From Candidatus Iainarchaeum sp. (GTDB taxonomy: Archaea > Iainarchaeota > Iainarchaeia > Iainarchaeales > JAFCCW01), in NCBI GenBank assembly GCA_017609985.1, contig JAFCCW010000001.1, forward strand, positions 64,001 to 128,000: DNA of 64,000 nt. The letters run 5' to 3'. Numbering within the stretch: position 1 is the first letter of the stretch; each line of letters opens with the position of its first letter. Both the position numbers and the translations under genes were made by a program. Shown here one piece after another: positions 9,119 to 18,816 of the stretch. The notes below the pieces were generated by a model. It saw nothing but the letters and a program-made list of their open reading frames with translations, was not told where the DNA came from and did no database searches.

Positions 9119-9604
9119 ATGGCAGAAAAGAAAGCTGAAAAAGCAAAAGTGAAAAAAGCAGTAAAAAAGGAAAAAGAAGCACCAAAAGAACTTCATTACA
9201 TTGTGCCGCTTCAAAAAATAAACAATGCTCCAAAACCAAAGAGAGCAAGACGCGCAATCAAAAAGATTAAAGAGTTCTTCAAAAAGCATCTTCGCCTTGA
9301 AGAGTCACAGATAAAGCTGTCAGGAAAAATAAATGAAGCAATCTGGAAAAGGTCTGGAGAAAAGGTGCCGAAGAAACTTGCACTAAAAGCTGTTGCAGAA
9401 AAAAACAGAGCCAGTATTTTTCTCGAAGAAGAAAAAATAGAAAAAGCAAAAAAGAAAGAAAAAGCAAAAGAAGATAAAAAAGAAAAAAAAGAACCAAAGG
9501 GAAAAGAGGAAAAAGAAGAAGCCAAACAAGAGGAAAAAAAGAAAGAAAAAAAGCAAAGAGAAAAAGCATCAGAAGCATCAGCAATAAAACGCGGAACAAT
9601 GTAG
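9119..9604 (+). CDS. rpl31e: 50S ribosomal protein L31e with K/E-rich extension
   Basis: YIVPL...KRARRAIKKIKEFFKKH...INEAIWKRS...PKK. Confidence 0.92.
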   Translation: MAEKKAEKAKVKKAVKKEKEAPKELHYIVPLQKINNAPKPKRARRAIKKIKEFFKKHLRLEESQIKLSGKINEAIWKRSGEKVPKKLALKAVAEKNRASIFLEEEKIEKAKKKEKAKEDKKEKKEPKGKEEKEEAKQEEKKKEKKQREKASEASAIKRGTM

Positions 9605-9613
9605 GGTAGAGAA

Positions 9614-10276
9614 ATGGAAATAGAAAAAGCAAAATTAGAGCAGAGCCCATACATAGGAGTTTTTGCAATTATAACTGAAGAAAGAGCGCTTTTGCCTCTT
9701 AGAACAGAAAAAAGTGAACAAAAACTCTTTGAAAAAGTTCTCAAAGTAAAGATAGAAAAAGCAACAATTGCTTCTTCCCCACTGCTTGGAGCATTTGCAG
9801 CAGGAAACAGCAAAGGAATTGTAACAAGCGGGCTTGCAAGCAAGCAGGAAATAAAAAATCTTGAAAAAAAAGATTTCAATGTGCTGAGACTAAAAAGTAT
9901 TTCCGCAATAGGAAATATTCTTGAAATAAATGATGAAAAAGGAGTTTGTTCTCAAATTATTTCAGAAAAAGAAAAAAAAGAAATTGAAAAATTTTTAGGA
10001 ATAACAATTGAAACCCAAAAAATAGCTGGCACAGATCTTATTGGAAGCTGTATGGTGGCAACAAACAAAGGATTCATTGTTAATCCAAATATTTCCCAAA
10101 AAGAATTTGAAGAACTTGAAAAAAATTTTGGATTAGAAGGAAATGTGTCAACAGCAAACTATGGAGATGAACTTGTAGGAAACAGTGTTGTTGCAAACAG
10201 TAAAGGAGCAATGGTGGGAGGACTCACATCAGGACACGAGCTGATAAGGATTGATGAAGGATTAAGAGGTGAATAA
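9614..10276 (+). CDS. eif6: Translation initiation factor 6 (aIF6)
   Basis: SPYIGVF, AGNSKG, TANYG, VANSKGAMVG...ELIRI. Confidence 0.95.
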   Translation: MEIEKAKLEQSPYIGVFAIITEERALLPLRTEKSEQKLFEKVLKVKIEKATIASSPLLGAFAAGNSKGIVTSGLASKQEIKNLEKKDFNVLRLKSISAIGNILEINDEKGVCSQIISEKEKKEIEKFLGITIETQKIAGTDLIGSCMVATNKGFIVNPNISQKEFEELEKNFGLEGNVSTANYGDELVGNSVVANSKGAMVGGLTSGHELIRIDEGLRGE

Positions 10277-10502
10277 AATGGCTGAAACTGAAAAAAAGGA
10301 AAATAAAAAAGAATTCAAAACATTTACTGTGACTGGAAGCTTTATAGATATAAAAGAAACCAAAAAGTTTTCAAAAGAAATTAAAGCAATTAATGAAAGA
10401 AACGCAGAAGAAAAAATAATGTCTATTTTTGGATCAAAGCATGGGGCTAAAAGAAGAAAGATTATAATAACAGAATTAAAAGAAGGAGGCAAAGAAAAAT
10501 GA
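10269..10502 (+). CDS. rpl18a: 50S ribosomal protein L18Ae/LX (eL20)
   Basis: FSKEIKA...AEEKIMSIFGSKHGAKRRKIII. Confidence 0.92.
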   Translation: MNKMAETEKKENKKEFKTFTVTGSFIDIKETKKFSKEIKAINERNAEEKIMSIFGSKHGAKRRKIIITELKEGGKEK

Positions 10503-10942
10503 CTAAAGAACAAAAAATAACACTAAGCCTTCAGCAACTGGTTGAAGAAAGACAAAAATTGAATTCACGAATGAAATCATTGCAGCAGAAAGCAGGAACA
10601 AGAAGCCAGATCTTAGCAGAACTTTTTGCAGCAAGAGACACTCTTAATCACATAAAAGATTCAAAAACTGAAGAAAAAATAATGGTTGATTTGGGAGCGG
10701 GAGTGTATATTGAAGCAAAAATAGATGTAAAGGGAAAAGTACAACGAAGTTTTGCAGGAAATATAATTATTGATAAGAAAGCAGAAAATGTCCTAAAAGA
10801 CATAACAACAGATATTGAAAAAGTTCAAAAAGACATTGAGGCAATACAGCAGGAAATGGGACAGCTTGTTCAAAGCCAGCAGGGAATAGACACAATAATT
10901 GGACAGATTCAACAAAAACAATTTCAAGACAGAAAAAAATAG
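10499..10942 (+). CDS. pfdA: Prefoldin subunit alpha
   Basis: Coiled coils flanking MVDLGAGVYIEAK hairpins; operon position. Confidence 0.9.
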   Translation: MTKEQKITLSLQQLVEERQKLNSRMKSLQQKAGTRSQILAELFAARDTLNHIKDSKTEEKIMVDLGAGVYIEAKIDVKGKVQRSFAGNIIIDKKAENVLKDITTDIEKVQKDIEAIQQEMGQLVQSQQGIDTIIGQIQQKQFQDRKK

Positions 10943-10957
10943 AGAGACAGGTTTGAA

Positions 10958-12295
10958 ATGTTTGAATTCCTCAAAAAAAAAATAAACAACTTTACTTCAA
11001 AGATTGGAAAAAAAGAGGAACAAAAAGAACAACCTGAAGAAAAAAAAGAAACAGCTATTTCTCTAAAAGAAGAAAAAACTGGTCTTCCTGAAAAAAAGGA
11101 AAAAAAAGAAACCGGTTTACTAAAAGAACCAGTAGTCAAAGGCACAAAAGAAGTTGAACTGGAAACAGTAAAAGAAGTTGAAACAGGAGAATTGAAAGAA
11201 AAAAGTAAATCAGAAAATGAAGACTGGGAAGAAAAAAAGATTAGAAAAACAGAGGAGGAGACTGAAGAATTAGGTGCGCAGGAAGTTGGTGAAGAAAAAA
11301 ACGAGCAAGAGATTGTTGAAAAATTAGAACCACAAAAAATTATTGACGAAGCAGAGGAAAAAAAAGCAATCGCAAAATCAGCAGAGGAATTAGACAAAAG
11401 AGAGCTTAAAGCAAAAATGAGTGTTTCAGGAAAGCTCCTTGGATTTGTCACAGGAAAAGTAAAACTTAAAGAAAAAGAACTTGAAGAACTTATCTGGGAA
11501 TTTGAACTTTCTCTCCTAGAAGCAGATGTTGAACAAGAAACAGCAGAAAAAATTTGCTCAAAATTAAAAGAAGAAATGGTTGGAAAAGAAATTCCAAAAA
11601 AAGAAATTGACAAATTTGTAAAAGAAAACATAAAAAAAGCTCTTGAAAAAGCACTTGAAAGCAGTAAATACAATCTCTTGGAAGAAATTGGTTCAAAAAA
11701 AGAAAAACCATTCAAAATACTGTTTCTTGGACCGAACGGAGCAGGAAAAACAACAACAATTGCAAAGATAACAAAGCTCCTGCAAGGAAACGGAAAACAA
11801 GTACTGCTTGCAGCAGCAGACACTTTCAGAGCAGCTTCAATAGAACAGCTTGAAACACACGCAGAAAAACTTGGAGTAAGAGTAATCAAGCACGATTATG
11901 GAGCAGATCCTGCGGCAGTTGCATTCGATGCAGTTGAATCAGCAAAAAGCAAGGGAATAGATGTAGTGCTTATTGATACTGCGGGAAGACAGCACACAAA
12001 CAAGAATCTACTGGAAGAATTAAAAAAAATTGAACGGGTAGTGAAACCAGATGCAAAGATATTCATCGGAGAAGCATTGTCGGGACAAAGCCTGATTGAA
12101 CAGGCAAAAAAGTTTGACGAAGAATTAGGATTGGATGGATTTATTTTGACAAAGATTGACACAGACGCAAAAGGGGGGACACTTATTTCGCTTGTTTCAA
12201 AGATTGGCAAACCAGTAATCTATGTTGGAACAGGACAAGAATATACTGATTTGGAAGAGTTCTCTCCAGAATTTATAATAGGCAGAGTTGTCTAG
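10958..12295 (+). CDS. ftsY: SRP receptor FtsY
   Basis: Acidic N-terminus; GPNGAGKTTT, DTFRAA, DTAGR, TKID. Confidence 0.96.
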   Translation: MFEFLKKKINNFTSKIGKKEEQKEQPEEKKETAISLKEEKTGLPEKKEKKETGLLKEPVVKGTKEVELETVKEVETGELKEKSKSENEDWEEKKIRKTEEETEELGAQEVGEEKNEQEIVEKLEPQKIIDEAEEKKAIAKSAEELDKRELKAKMSVSGKLLGFVTGKVKLKEKELEELIWEFELSLLEADVEQETAEKICSKLKEEMVGKEIPKKEIDKFVKENIKKALEKALESSKYNLLEEIGSKKEKPFKILFLGPNGAGKTTTIAKITKLLQGNGKQVLLAAADTFRAASIEQLETHAEKLGVRVIKHDYGADPAAVAFDAVESAKSKGIDVVLIDTAGRQHTNKNLLEELKKIERVVKPDAKIFIGEALSGQSLIEQAKKFDEELGLDGFILTKIDTDAKGGTLISLVSKIGKPVIYVGTGQEYTDLEEFSPEFIIGRVV

Positions 12296-13395
12296 ACAAG
12301 TTCTTCAACAGGAGTAAAATCAAGGGAATGAGCAGAAGCAACTCCCTGATTTGTAATTTTTCCATCAACAATGTTTACTCCCTTTGCAAACTCTTTGTCA
12401 GACTTAAAAACAGAAAAACCAGCTTTTGCAAGTTTTTGAATATAAGAAAGAGTAGAGTTTGTAAGAGCAATTGTTGAAGTGCGTGGAAACGCACCAGGCA
12501 TGTTTGCAACACAGTAATGAATTACTCCATACTTTTCAAAAACAGGGTTTGAATGAGTTGTAGGGTGAGAAGTTTCAAAGATGCCTCCCTGGTCAATTGC
12601 AACATCCACAATAACAGAACCAGGTTTCATTGAAGAAACCATTTCTTCGGAAACAATTTTTGGAGCACGAGAGCCAGGAATATAAACTGCTCCAACAACA
12701 ACATCGGATTTTTTGACAGTTTCAGTAATTGAATCAAGAGTTGACTCGAGAATTTTTGCATTTGGAAAAATGTTCTTAAGTTCCATAATACGGTCTGAAC
12801 TTTTTTCAAGAATTGTTAAGTCTGCACCAAGACCAGATGCAACCTGAGCAGCTGACTGACCAACTACGCCTCCGCCAATAACGGTTATTACTGCGGGAGA
12901 AACTCCGGTTACACCTGAAAATAGCAATCCTTTTCCGCCAGCTGGTTTTGAAAGATAAAAAGAACCCATTAATGGAGCCATTTTTCCCGCAACCTCAGAC
13001 ATTGGCGCAAGCAAGGGGGTTTTTCCATCAACCTCAACTGTTTCATAAGCAATGCAGGTAGCGCCAGAAGAAAGCATTGCATCAGTTAGCTTGCGATTTG
13101 AAGCAAAATGAAAATAAGTAAAAATAAGCTGTCCTTTTTTGAAAAAAGAATACTCACTTTCAAGAGGCTCTTTTATTTTAACAACCAGTTCAGAGCGTGA
13201 GGCAATCTGCTCAGGGCTTGAAACAAGCTCTGCACCGGAATCAGAGTATTCTTTATCAGGGAATCCAGATCCAAGACCAGCCCCGGCTTCAACTAAAACA
13301 GTATGCCTGTTAGACACCAGAGTTTTTGTGCCAGCGGGAGTTAGAGCAACGCGATTTTCATTGTCTTTAATTTCTTTCAAACACCCAATAATCAT
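12292..13395 (-). CDS. ald: Alanine dehydrogenase (AlaDH/PNT family)
   Basis: KEIKDNENRVAL, LLAPMSEVAG, GGGVVG, DVAIDQGG, YCVANMPG. Confidence 0.94.
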   Translation of the reverse strand: MIIGCLKEIKDNENRVALTPAGTKTLVSNRHTVLVEAGAGLGSGFPDKEYSDSGAELVSSPEQIASRSELVVKIKEPLESEYSFFKKGQLIFTYFHFASNRKLTDAMLSSGATCIAYETVEVDGKTPLLAPMSEVAGKMAPLMGSFYLSKPAGGKGLLFSGVTGVSPAVITVIGGGVVGQSAAQVASGLGADLTILEKSSDRIMELKNIFPNAKILESTLDSITETVKKSDVVVGAVYIPGSRAPKIVSEEMVSSMKPGSVIVDVAIDQGGIFETSHPTTHSNPVFEKYGVIHYCVANMPGAFPRTSTIALTNSTLSYIQKLAKAGFSVFKSDKEFAKGVNIVDGKITNQGVASAHSLDFTPVEELV

Positions 13396-13562
13396 AAAAA
13401 AAAGACGAGATCTAAGAATTTAATTGTTTTGGTTGAAAAAATAGAAATTAGTTAATGAATGAATCAGAGAATGCAATCAAAGAAGAGAAGACTTGCTTTT
13501 GAAAAAAATGAAAACATTGTGTTTATTTAATGCTTTCGGGGGAAAAATCTTGAAGTGAGTAA

Positions 13563-14924
13563 ATGGCATTAGGCGAAAAATTAAGAGGAGCGCTTGACAA
13601 AATACAGCAGGCAAGCGCAATAGACAAAGAAACTGTAAAAGACGCTCTCAAAGAAATGCAACGAGCGTTAATCAGTGCAGATGTAGAAATAAAACTGGTT
13701 TTAGAACTTTCAAAAAAGATTGAAGGGAAAGCATTTAAAGAGCTTCCAAAGGGACTGACAAGGCGCGAGCACATAGTCAAGCTAATGCACGACTCTCTCT
13801 CAGAATTAATTGGAGGCAAAAATGAAACACAGGAAAAAGAGCCAAAAAAAATACTGCTGGTTGGACTGTATGGAATGGGAAAAACAACTACTGCAGTAAA
13901 GCTTGCAAAATATTACTCAAAACGGGGAAGAAAGGTTGGATTAATCGGAGCAGACACTTACAGACCTGCTGCACTTGAACAGTTAAAACAGTTAGCAGAA
14001 AAAGAAAAAATTGCAGTGTATGGAAACAAGAAAGAAAAAGAACCATACAAGGTAGTGGAACAGGGATTAAGGGAATTGAAAGACTATGATTTATTGATTG
14101 TGGACAGTGCAGGAAGAAATGCGCTTGAAGGAAATTTAGTAGAAGAAATTGAAAAAGTGGAAAAAACACTTAAAGCAGACCAAAGATGGCTTGTGATGGG
14201 TGCAGACATTGGGCAGATAGCAAAAAAGCAGGCAGAAGCATTTCACAATGCAGTGAAAGTAAACGGAGTGATTATTACAAGAATTGACGGATCAGCAAAG
14301 GGAGGCGGAGCACTGGCAGGATGCGCAGTCACTAAGGCACAGGTTCTGTTTATTGGAACAGGAGAAAAAGCAGGAGACTTGGAAGAATTTGATGCACAGA
14401 GATATCTTGGAAGAATAATGGGTTATGGAGACCTAGCAGGACTTCTGGAAAAAGCAAAAGAAGCAGCAGAGAATGAGGAAATATCACCAGAAGAAATGCT
14501 CAAAGGAGAATTCACACTCAAAGCATTTTATCAGCAGTTAAAAGCAGCCAGAAAAATGGGGCCTCTGGACAAAGTAGCGGAAATGATGGGATTGAAAATG
14601 CAGCTGCCAAAAGAAGCTCTAGAGCAAAGCGAAGAAAAACTTGACAAATTCAAAGTAATGATGGATTCAATGACAGAGCAAGAATTGCGAGAGCCGGAAA
14701 AACTGAACAAGAACAGGATTCAGAGAGTATCAAAAGGAAGCGGAACAACAGAGGAAGAAGTAAGAGAGCTTATTAAACAGTACAAGCAAATGAAAAAAAT
14801 GTTTAAGAATTTCAAAAAAATTGGAAGCAAAAAAAAGATTGAGAAAATGCAGAAAAAAGGCGGACTAGACCTGGCTGGGTTGATGGGCGGAAAAGTTAAA
14901 AAGAAAAAGTTCAAGATAAGATAG
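13563..14924 (+). CDS. srp54: Signal recognition particle protein SRP54
   Basis: NG domain GMGKTTT, DTYRPAA, DSAGR; M domain MDSMT...RIQRVSKGSG. Confidence 0.96.
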   Translation: MALGEKLRGALDKIQQASAIDKETVKDALKEMQRALISADVEIKLVLELSKKIEGKAFKELPKGLTRREHIVKLMHDSLSELIGGKNETQEKEPKKILLVGLYGMGKTTTAVKLAKYYSKRGRKVGLIGADTYRPAALEQLKQLAEKEKIAVYGNKKEKEPYKVVEQGLRELKDYDLLIVDSAGRNALEGNLVEEIEKVEKTLKADQRWLVMGADIGQIAKKQAEAFHNAVKVNGVIITRIDGSAKGGGALAGCAVTKAQVLFIGTGEKAGDLEEFDAQRYLGRIMGYGDLAGLLEKAKEAAENEEISPEEMLKGEFTLKAFYQQLKAARKMGPLDKVAEMMGLKMQLPKEALEQSEEKLDKFKVMMDSMTEQELREPEKLNKNRIQRVSKGSGTTEEEVRELIKQYKQMKKMFKNFKKIGSKKKIEKMQKKGGLDLAGLMGGKVKKKKFKIR

Positions 14925-14930
14925 AGAAGC

Positions 14931-15746
14931 ATGGGCTTTCTGATTTTAAGACAAGCAATAATATTGCTCGGAACAGGAGCTGGAGCAATAACAGATGCAA
15001 GAACAGGGATGATACCCGACAAGATTACGTTGACAATGATTGCAATCGGGATTCTATTAAATATTGCTGAACTAAAGATAGAGCTTTTTGCAGTTGGCGC
15101 AATAGTGTTTGCAATAGGATATCTTGCCTACTGGGCTGGAAAAATTGGGGGTGGAGACGTAAAACTGTTCACAGGAATAGCGCTTCTTATTCCCTTTTCA
15201 GGAAAGGGAATTTTTATTCTAGATGTATTGATGGCAGCAGCACTGACCTCCATCGTATTCTACGGAGCGCTCTACTCAATCAAGTATGCAAGAAAAGGAA
15301 TTGAATGGAAAGAAATCAAAACAGGGGTTGGAAGAGCAGGATTGATTGGAGCATTTATTACATTGTATTTTTTCATGATTTATTCCTACAAGTTAATGAG
15401 CCTTGAAGGAATTAGCGTGCTCGGAATAGCAGTTTTCTTTGCACTAGTATTCCTTGCGCTGGAAAAAGGAATAAGAAAAGAATTCTTTTTGAAAAAAGTG
15501 AAGCTAGGGAACCTAGAAGAAGACGAGGTTGTAGCACAAGATTTTTTGGATGAAAAAGTGAAAAAAATACTGGGATTAAAATTCAAGGGAGTTATTGGAC
15601 AAAAAGAATTGATTGCATTGAAGAAAGAAGGAGTAAAGGAAATATCTGTTTATCAGAACCTGCCACCGTTTGCACCATTTATTTTTATTGGAATAGTTAT
15701 TGCAATAGCAGTCCCTGGGTTGATGGAAAAAATATTATTTGTTTGA
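14931..15746 (+). CDS. Prepilin/prearchaellin peptidase (A24, PibD/FlaK-like)
   Basis: ITDARTGMIPD and IGGGDVKL catalytic Asp motifs; C-terminal PFAPFI. Confidence 0.9.
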   Translation: MGFLILRQAIILLGTGAGAITDARTGMIPDKITLTMIAIGILLNIAELKIELFAVGAIVFAIGYLAYWAGKIGGGDVKLFTGIALLIPFSGKGIFILDVLMAAALTSIVFYGALYSIKYARKGIEWKEIKTGVGRAGLIGAFITLYFFMIYSYKLMSLEGISVLGIAVFFALVFLALEKGIRKEFFLKKVKLGNLEEDEVVAQDFLDEKVKKILGLKFKGVIGQKELIALKKEGVKEISVYQNLPPFAPFIFIGIVIAIAVPGLMEKILFV

Positions 15747-15752
15747 ATTAGT

Positions 15753-16082
15753 TTATGTCTTCTTCAAGTATTTATTGTGGAGCCGTTCAATTTCTGAAAT
15801 TTGCGCAGAAGTAAATGAGTTTCCTTCTTCTCTCCGGCTTCTCCAAATATTTGCTAAGATAGATAGTTCTTCCTCACGCCCAGTAGGAGCTTCACCAAAC
15901 TGATTGAATTCTCTGTGAAGTTCTTCAAGCATTTTATCAGGAGAAATTTCAGGAAGCTCACGTCTAACAGAACCAGAAACAAGTCTTTTGAAAACACGGC
16001 CTATTCTTTGCAGAGCACGTGCTGACAAATTGCGATTAGGATTATCTCCAAGCGCTCTCCTCTTTCCAGGTTTTGCAGGCAT
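15753..16082 (-). CDS. Hypothetical protein (MPAKPGKRR N-terminus)
   Basis: 109-aa ORF exactly filling the gap between the peptidase and ribD. Confidence 0.6.
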   Translation of the reverse strand: MPAKPGKRRALGDNPNRNLSARALQRIGRVFKRLVSGSVRRELPEISPDKMLEELHREFNQFGEAPTGREEELSILANIWRSRREEGNSFTSAQISEIERLHNKYLKKT

Positions 16083-16114
16083 AATAGATATATTAAACGC
16101 TTTCTACAATAAAA

Positions 16115-17197
16115 ATGTTTATGGTGACTGAAAAATTTATGCAAACCGCTCTCAGGCTTGCGCGAAAGGGGCGTGGAAGAGTCTCTCCGAACCCAATGGT
16201 TGGAGCAGTGATTGTCAAGAACGGAAAAATTGTTGGTAAGGGATGGCACAAAAAATTTGGAGAAACACATGCTGAAGTGAATGCGCTTGCAGAAGCAGGA
16301 AGTAAAGCAAGACATGCAGAGCTATATGTTAATCTTGAGCCCTGTTCTCATTTTGGAAAACAACCGCCTTGCGTAAATGCAATAATTGACGCAGGCATCA
16401 GGAAAGTTGTTTGTGCAATGAAAGATCCAAATCCATTGGTTGCTGGCAAGGGAATTAATAGACTGAAAAGAGCAGGAATAATAGTTGAAACAGGTTTGTT
16501 GAAAGAAAAAGCAAAAGACCTGAACAAGGCTTTTGTTAAATGGGTGCTGACGGGAAAGCCTTTTGTGACGTTGAAGATTGCAATGACCGAGAATGGATTT
16601 ATTTCCTGGGGAAATGGAAAAAGGAAAAAAATTACTGAAAAAGAAAGCCTGCAAAAAGTTCAAGAACTGAGAGCAGAGCATGACGCAGTGCTTGTTGGAA
16701 TAAACACTGTGTTAAAAGACAACCCAAAATTATCAAACAGGTCGGGCATGGGAGAACAGCCGGCAAAAATTATATTGGATTCAAATTTGAAAATTCCGCT
16801 GGACTCAAAAATTATTAAAGGAAAGGGAAAAATAATAATTTTTCACTCAGGAAGAAATATTGATAAGGAAAGAAAGCTGAAGAAAAAAGAAGTGGACCTT
16901 GAAAAAGTGAAAGGAATTAAAGGAAAAATTCCAATACAGAAAGTATTGCAAGTGCTTGGCAAAAAAGGAATAACAAGCCTGTTGGTGGAAGGCGGTCAGG
17001 AAATAAACACTTCTTTTATTGAAGAAGGAAAAGCAGACAAGCTTGTGTTGTTTATGTCAAAAAAGAATGTGAAAAACGGAATGTATTTTGTGAAAATCTT
17101 AAAAAATAAAAATCTGCTTGACACAAAAGCCACAAAAATTAAAAATTGGAAAATTCAGAGAAAAGGAAAAGATTTGATGCTGGACGCCTATTTTTAG
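16115..17197 (+). CDS. ribD: Bifunctional riboflavin deaminase/reductase
   Basis: SPNPMVGAV, HAE, LEPCSH...PPC, DNPKL, LVEGG. Confidence 0.95.
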   Translation: MFMVTEKFMQTALRLARKGRGRVSPNPMVGAVIVKNGKIVGKGWHKKFGETHAEVNALAEAGSKARHAELYVNLEPCSHFGKQPPCVNAIIDAGIRKVVCAMKDPNPLVAGKGINRLKRAGIIVETGLLKEKAKDLNKAFVKWVLTGKPFVTLKIAMTENGFISWGNGKRKKITEKESLQKVQELRAEHDAVLVGINTVLKDNPKLSNRSGMGEQPAKIILDSNLKIPLDSKIIKGKGKIIIFHSGRNIDKERKLKKKEVDLEKVKGIKGKIPIQKVLQVLGKKGITSLLVEGGQEINTSFIEEGKADKLVLFMSKKNVKNGMYFVKILKNKNLLDTKATKIKNWKIQRKGKDLMLDAYF

Positions 17198-17268
17198 GAA
17201 TTAGTAAAAAACCTAATCAATCAATAGTTTATTTATATATCCAAAAACACAATATTTGAGGTGATTTA

Positions 17269-18810
17269 ATGAAGTCTGAATGGATTGTGATTGCACTAAT
17301 TGGAATATCAATAATTTTAGCAGGATGCTTAACCGAGAATGCATTAAGCCCAAGCATAGTGATTGAAGAAGCAGACAAATTATTGGGAAAAGAACTTGCA
17401 GTGATTGGAGCCGCGAGAGGATTGGAAGGTTCAAATCCTGAAATAATATTGCTTTACGATTCTGAAAGAGGACTGGAAATAAGAGGAATTGATTTTCCAG
17501 AAGGATATTATGACAAAAAGTTTATCGCAACCGGAGTTCTAAAAGAAGAGAATGGAAAATATTACTTAGAAGCCAAAAAAATAGAGGAAGTAAGTGAGGT
17601 AATTCCAGACAATGGAGACGACTGTGTTTGCACAGCAGAGTATGCTCCTGTTTGTGGAACAGACGGAGAAACTTATAGTAATTCGTGCATGGCAGAATGC
17701 GCAGGAATAGAAATTGAGTATAGTGGAGAATGTGAATCTCAAGGATGTTACTGCCCCGAACTCTGGGACCCGGTTTGTGGAATAGATGGAGAAACATACG
17801 CAAACAGTTGCACAGCAGGGTGTGCAGGAGTAAAAATAAGCTATGACGAAGAATGCAGTGAGACAGGTTGTTCAGAAGGCTATGTTTATTCCGAAATGAG
17901 CTGTAAATGCGTTCCAGACCCATCTGATTGTGGTCTGTTGTTTGGAGATGAATGTGAACAAAACAGTGAATGTAGCTTGTTCAACAGAAGCGGAAGTTGC
18001 GGATGTCCAATGTGTGAAAACTTTCTGACACAATGCCTGCCAAAAACAGAGCCCGAGGAAAGATGTTATGGAGAAGGAGAATCCCTCGGAGCAGTAGTGC
18101 CAGAACATCTTGACAGAGAATGCTGTGAAGGACTGTATTCATATGTAGCGTGTGCTGGAGACGGAGTGATTGCAGGTTGCCCAATGGGAACAAGAGGAAC
18201 CTGTGAAAAACTTGTTAAGTCTCACAAAATGAACGAATGTGGCGGAAACAGCATAGAACCATACAGCACTATTGGAAACATTGTGTCAATTGAAGAAAAT
18301 GGAAGCTTGATAACAGTGGAAGCAGATTTTTCAACATATTGTGGAGGCACAGAAATAACAGCAAGTGCTGTGAAAAAAGGAAACAAAATTTACCTAAGCT
18401 ATAATGAAAAAATTGTTGGGAATTTAACAAAATGCATGTGTGCAAAAAGTGTGAAAACTGTATTGAGAAATTCTTTTATGGCATCAGAAATAGCAGAGAT
18501 TGTTTACAAAGGAGAAGAACTTGAACTGCCTGCAGAGAAAAAACCAAACGAAGAAGATTTATATTCCTGCAAGGAAGATGAAGACTGTGTTTCTATTGCA
18601 ACAGGATGCTGTGGATGTTCAATGGGCGGTTCAATGACTGCCATAAACAAATCTTACAAGGAATACTGGCAAGAGAGTGTAATAGGTGACTGCTTAAATA
18701 TTATGTGCCCTGCATGGTACAGATGTGAAGAATATGGGGCAGTGAGCTGTCAAAGCAACAAGTGTGAAATAGAGCTTATTTCACAGGGTGACATTATAGC
18801 CCAAGGTTAA
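17269..18810 (+). CDS. Cys-rich lipoprotein with two Kazal-type domains
   Basis: ILAGC lipobox; CxCxxxY/WxPVCGxDGETYxNSC x2; about 40 Cys in total. Confidence 0.85.
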   Translation: MKSEWIVIALIGISIILAGCLTENALSPSIVIEEADKLLGKELAVIGAARGLEGSNPEIILLYDSERGLEIRGIDFPEGYYDKKFIATGVLKEENGKYYLEAKKIEEVSEVIPDNGDDCVCTAEYAPVCGTDGETYSNSCMAECAGIEIEYSGECESQGCYCPELWDPVCGIDGETYANSCTAGCAGVKISYDEECSETGCSEGYVYSEMSCKCVPDPSDCGLLFGDECEQNSECSLFNRSGSCGCPMCENFLTQCLPKTEPEERCYGEGESLGAVVPEHLDRECCEGLYSYVACAGDGVIAGCPMGTRGTCEKLVKSHKMNECGGNSIEPYSTIGNIVSIEENGSLITVEADFSTYCGGTEITASAVKKGNKIYLSYNEKIVGNLTKCMCAKSVKTVLRNSFMASEIAEIVYKGEELELPAEKKPNEEDLYSCKEDEDCVSIATGCCGCSMGGSMTAINKSYKEYWQESVIGDCLNIMCPAWYRCEEYGAVSCQSNKCEIELISQGDIIAQG

Positions 18811-18816
18811 GAATGG

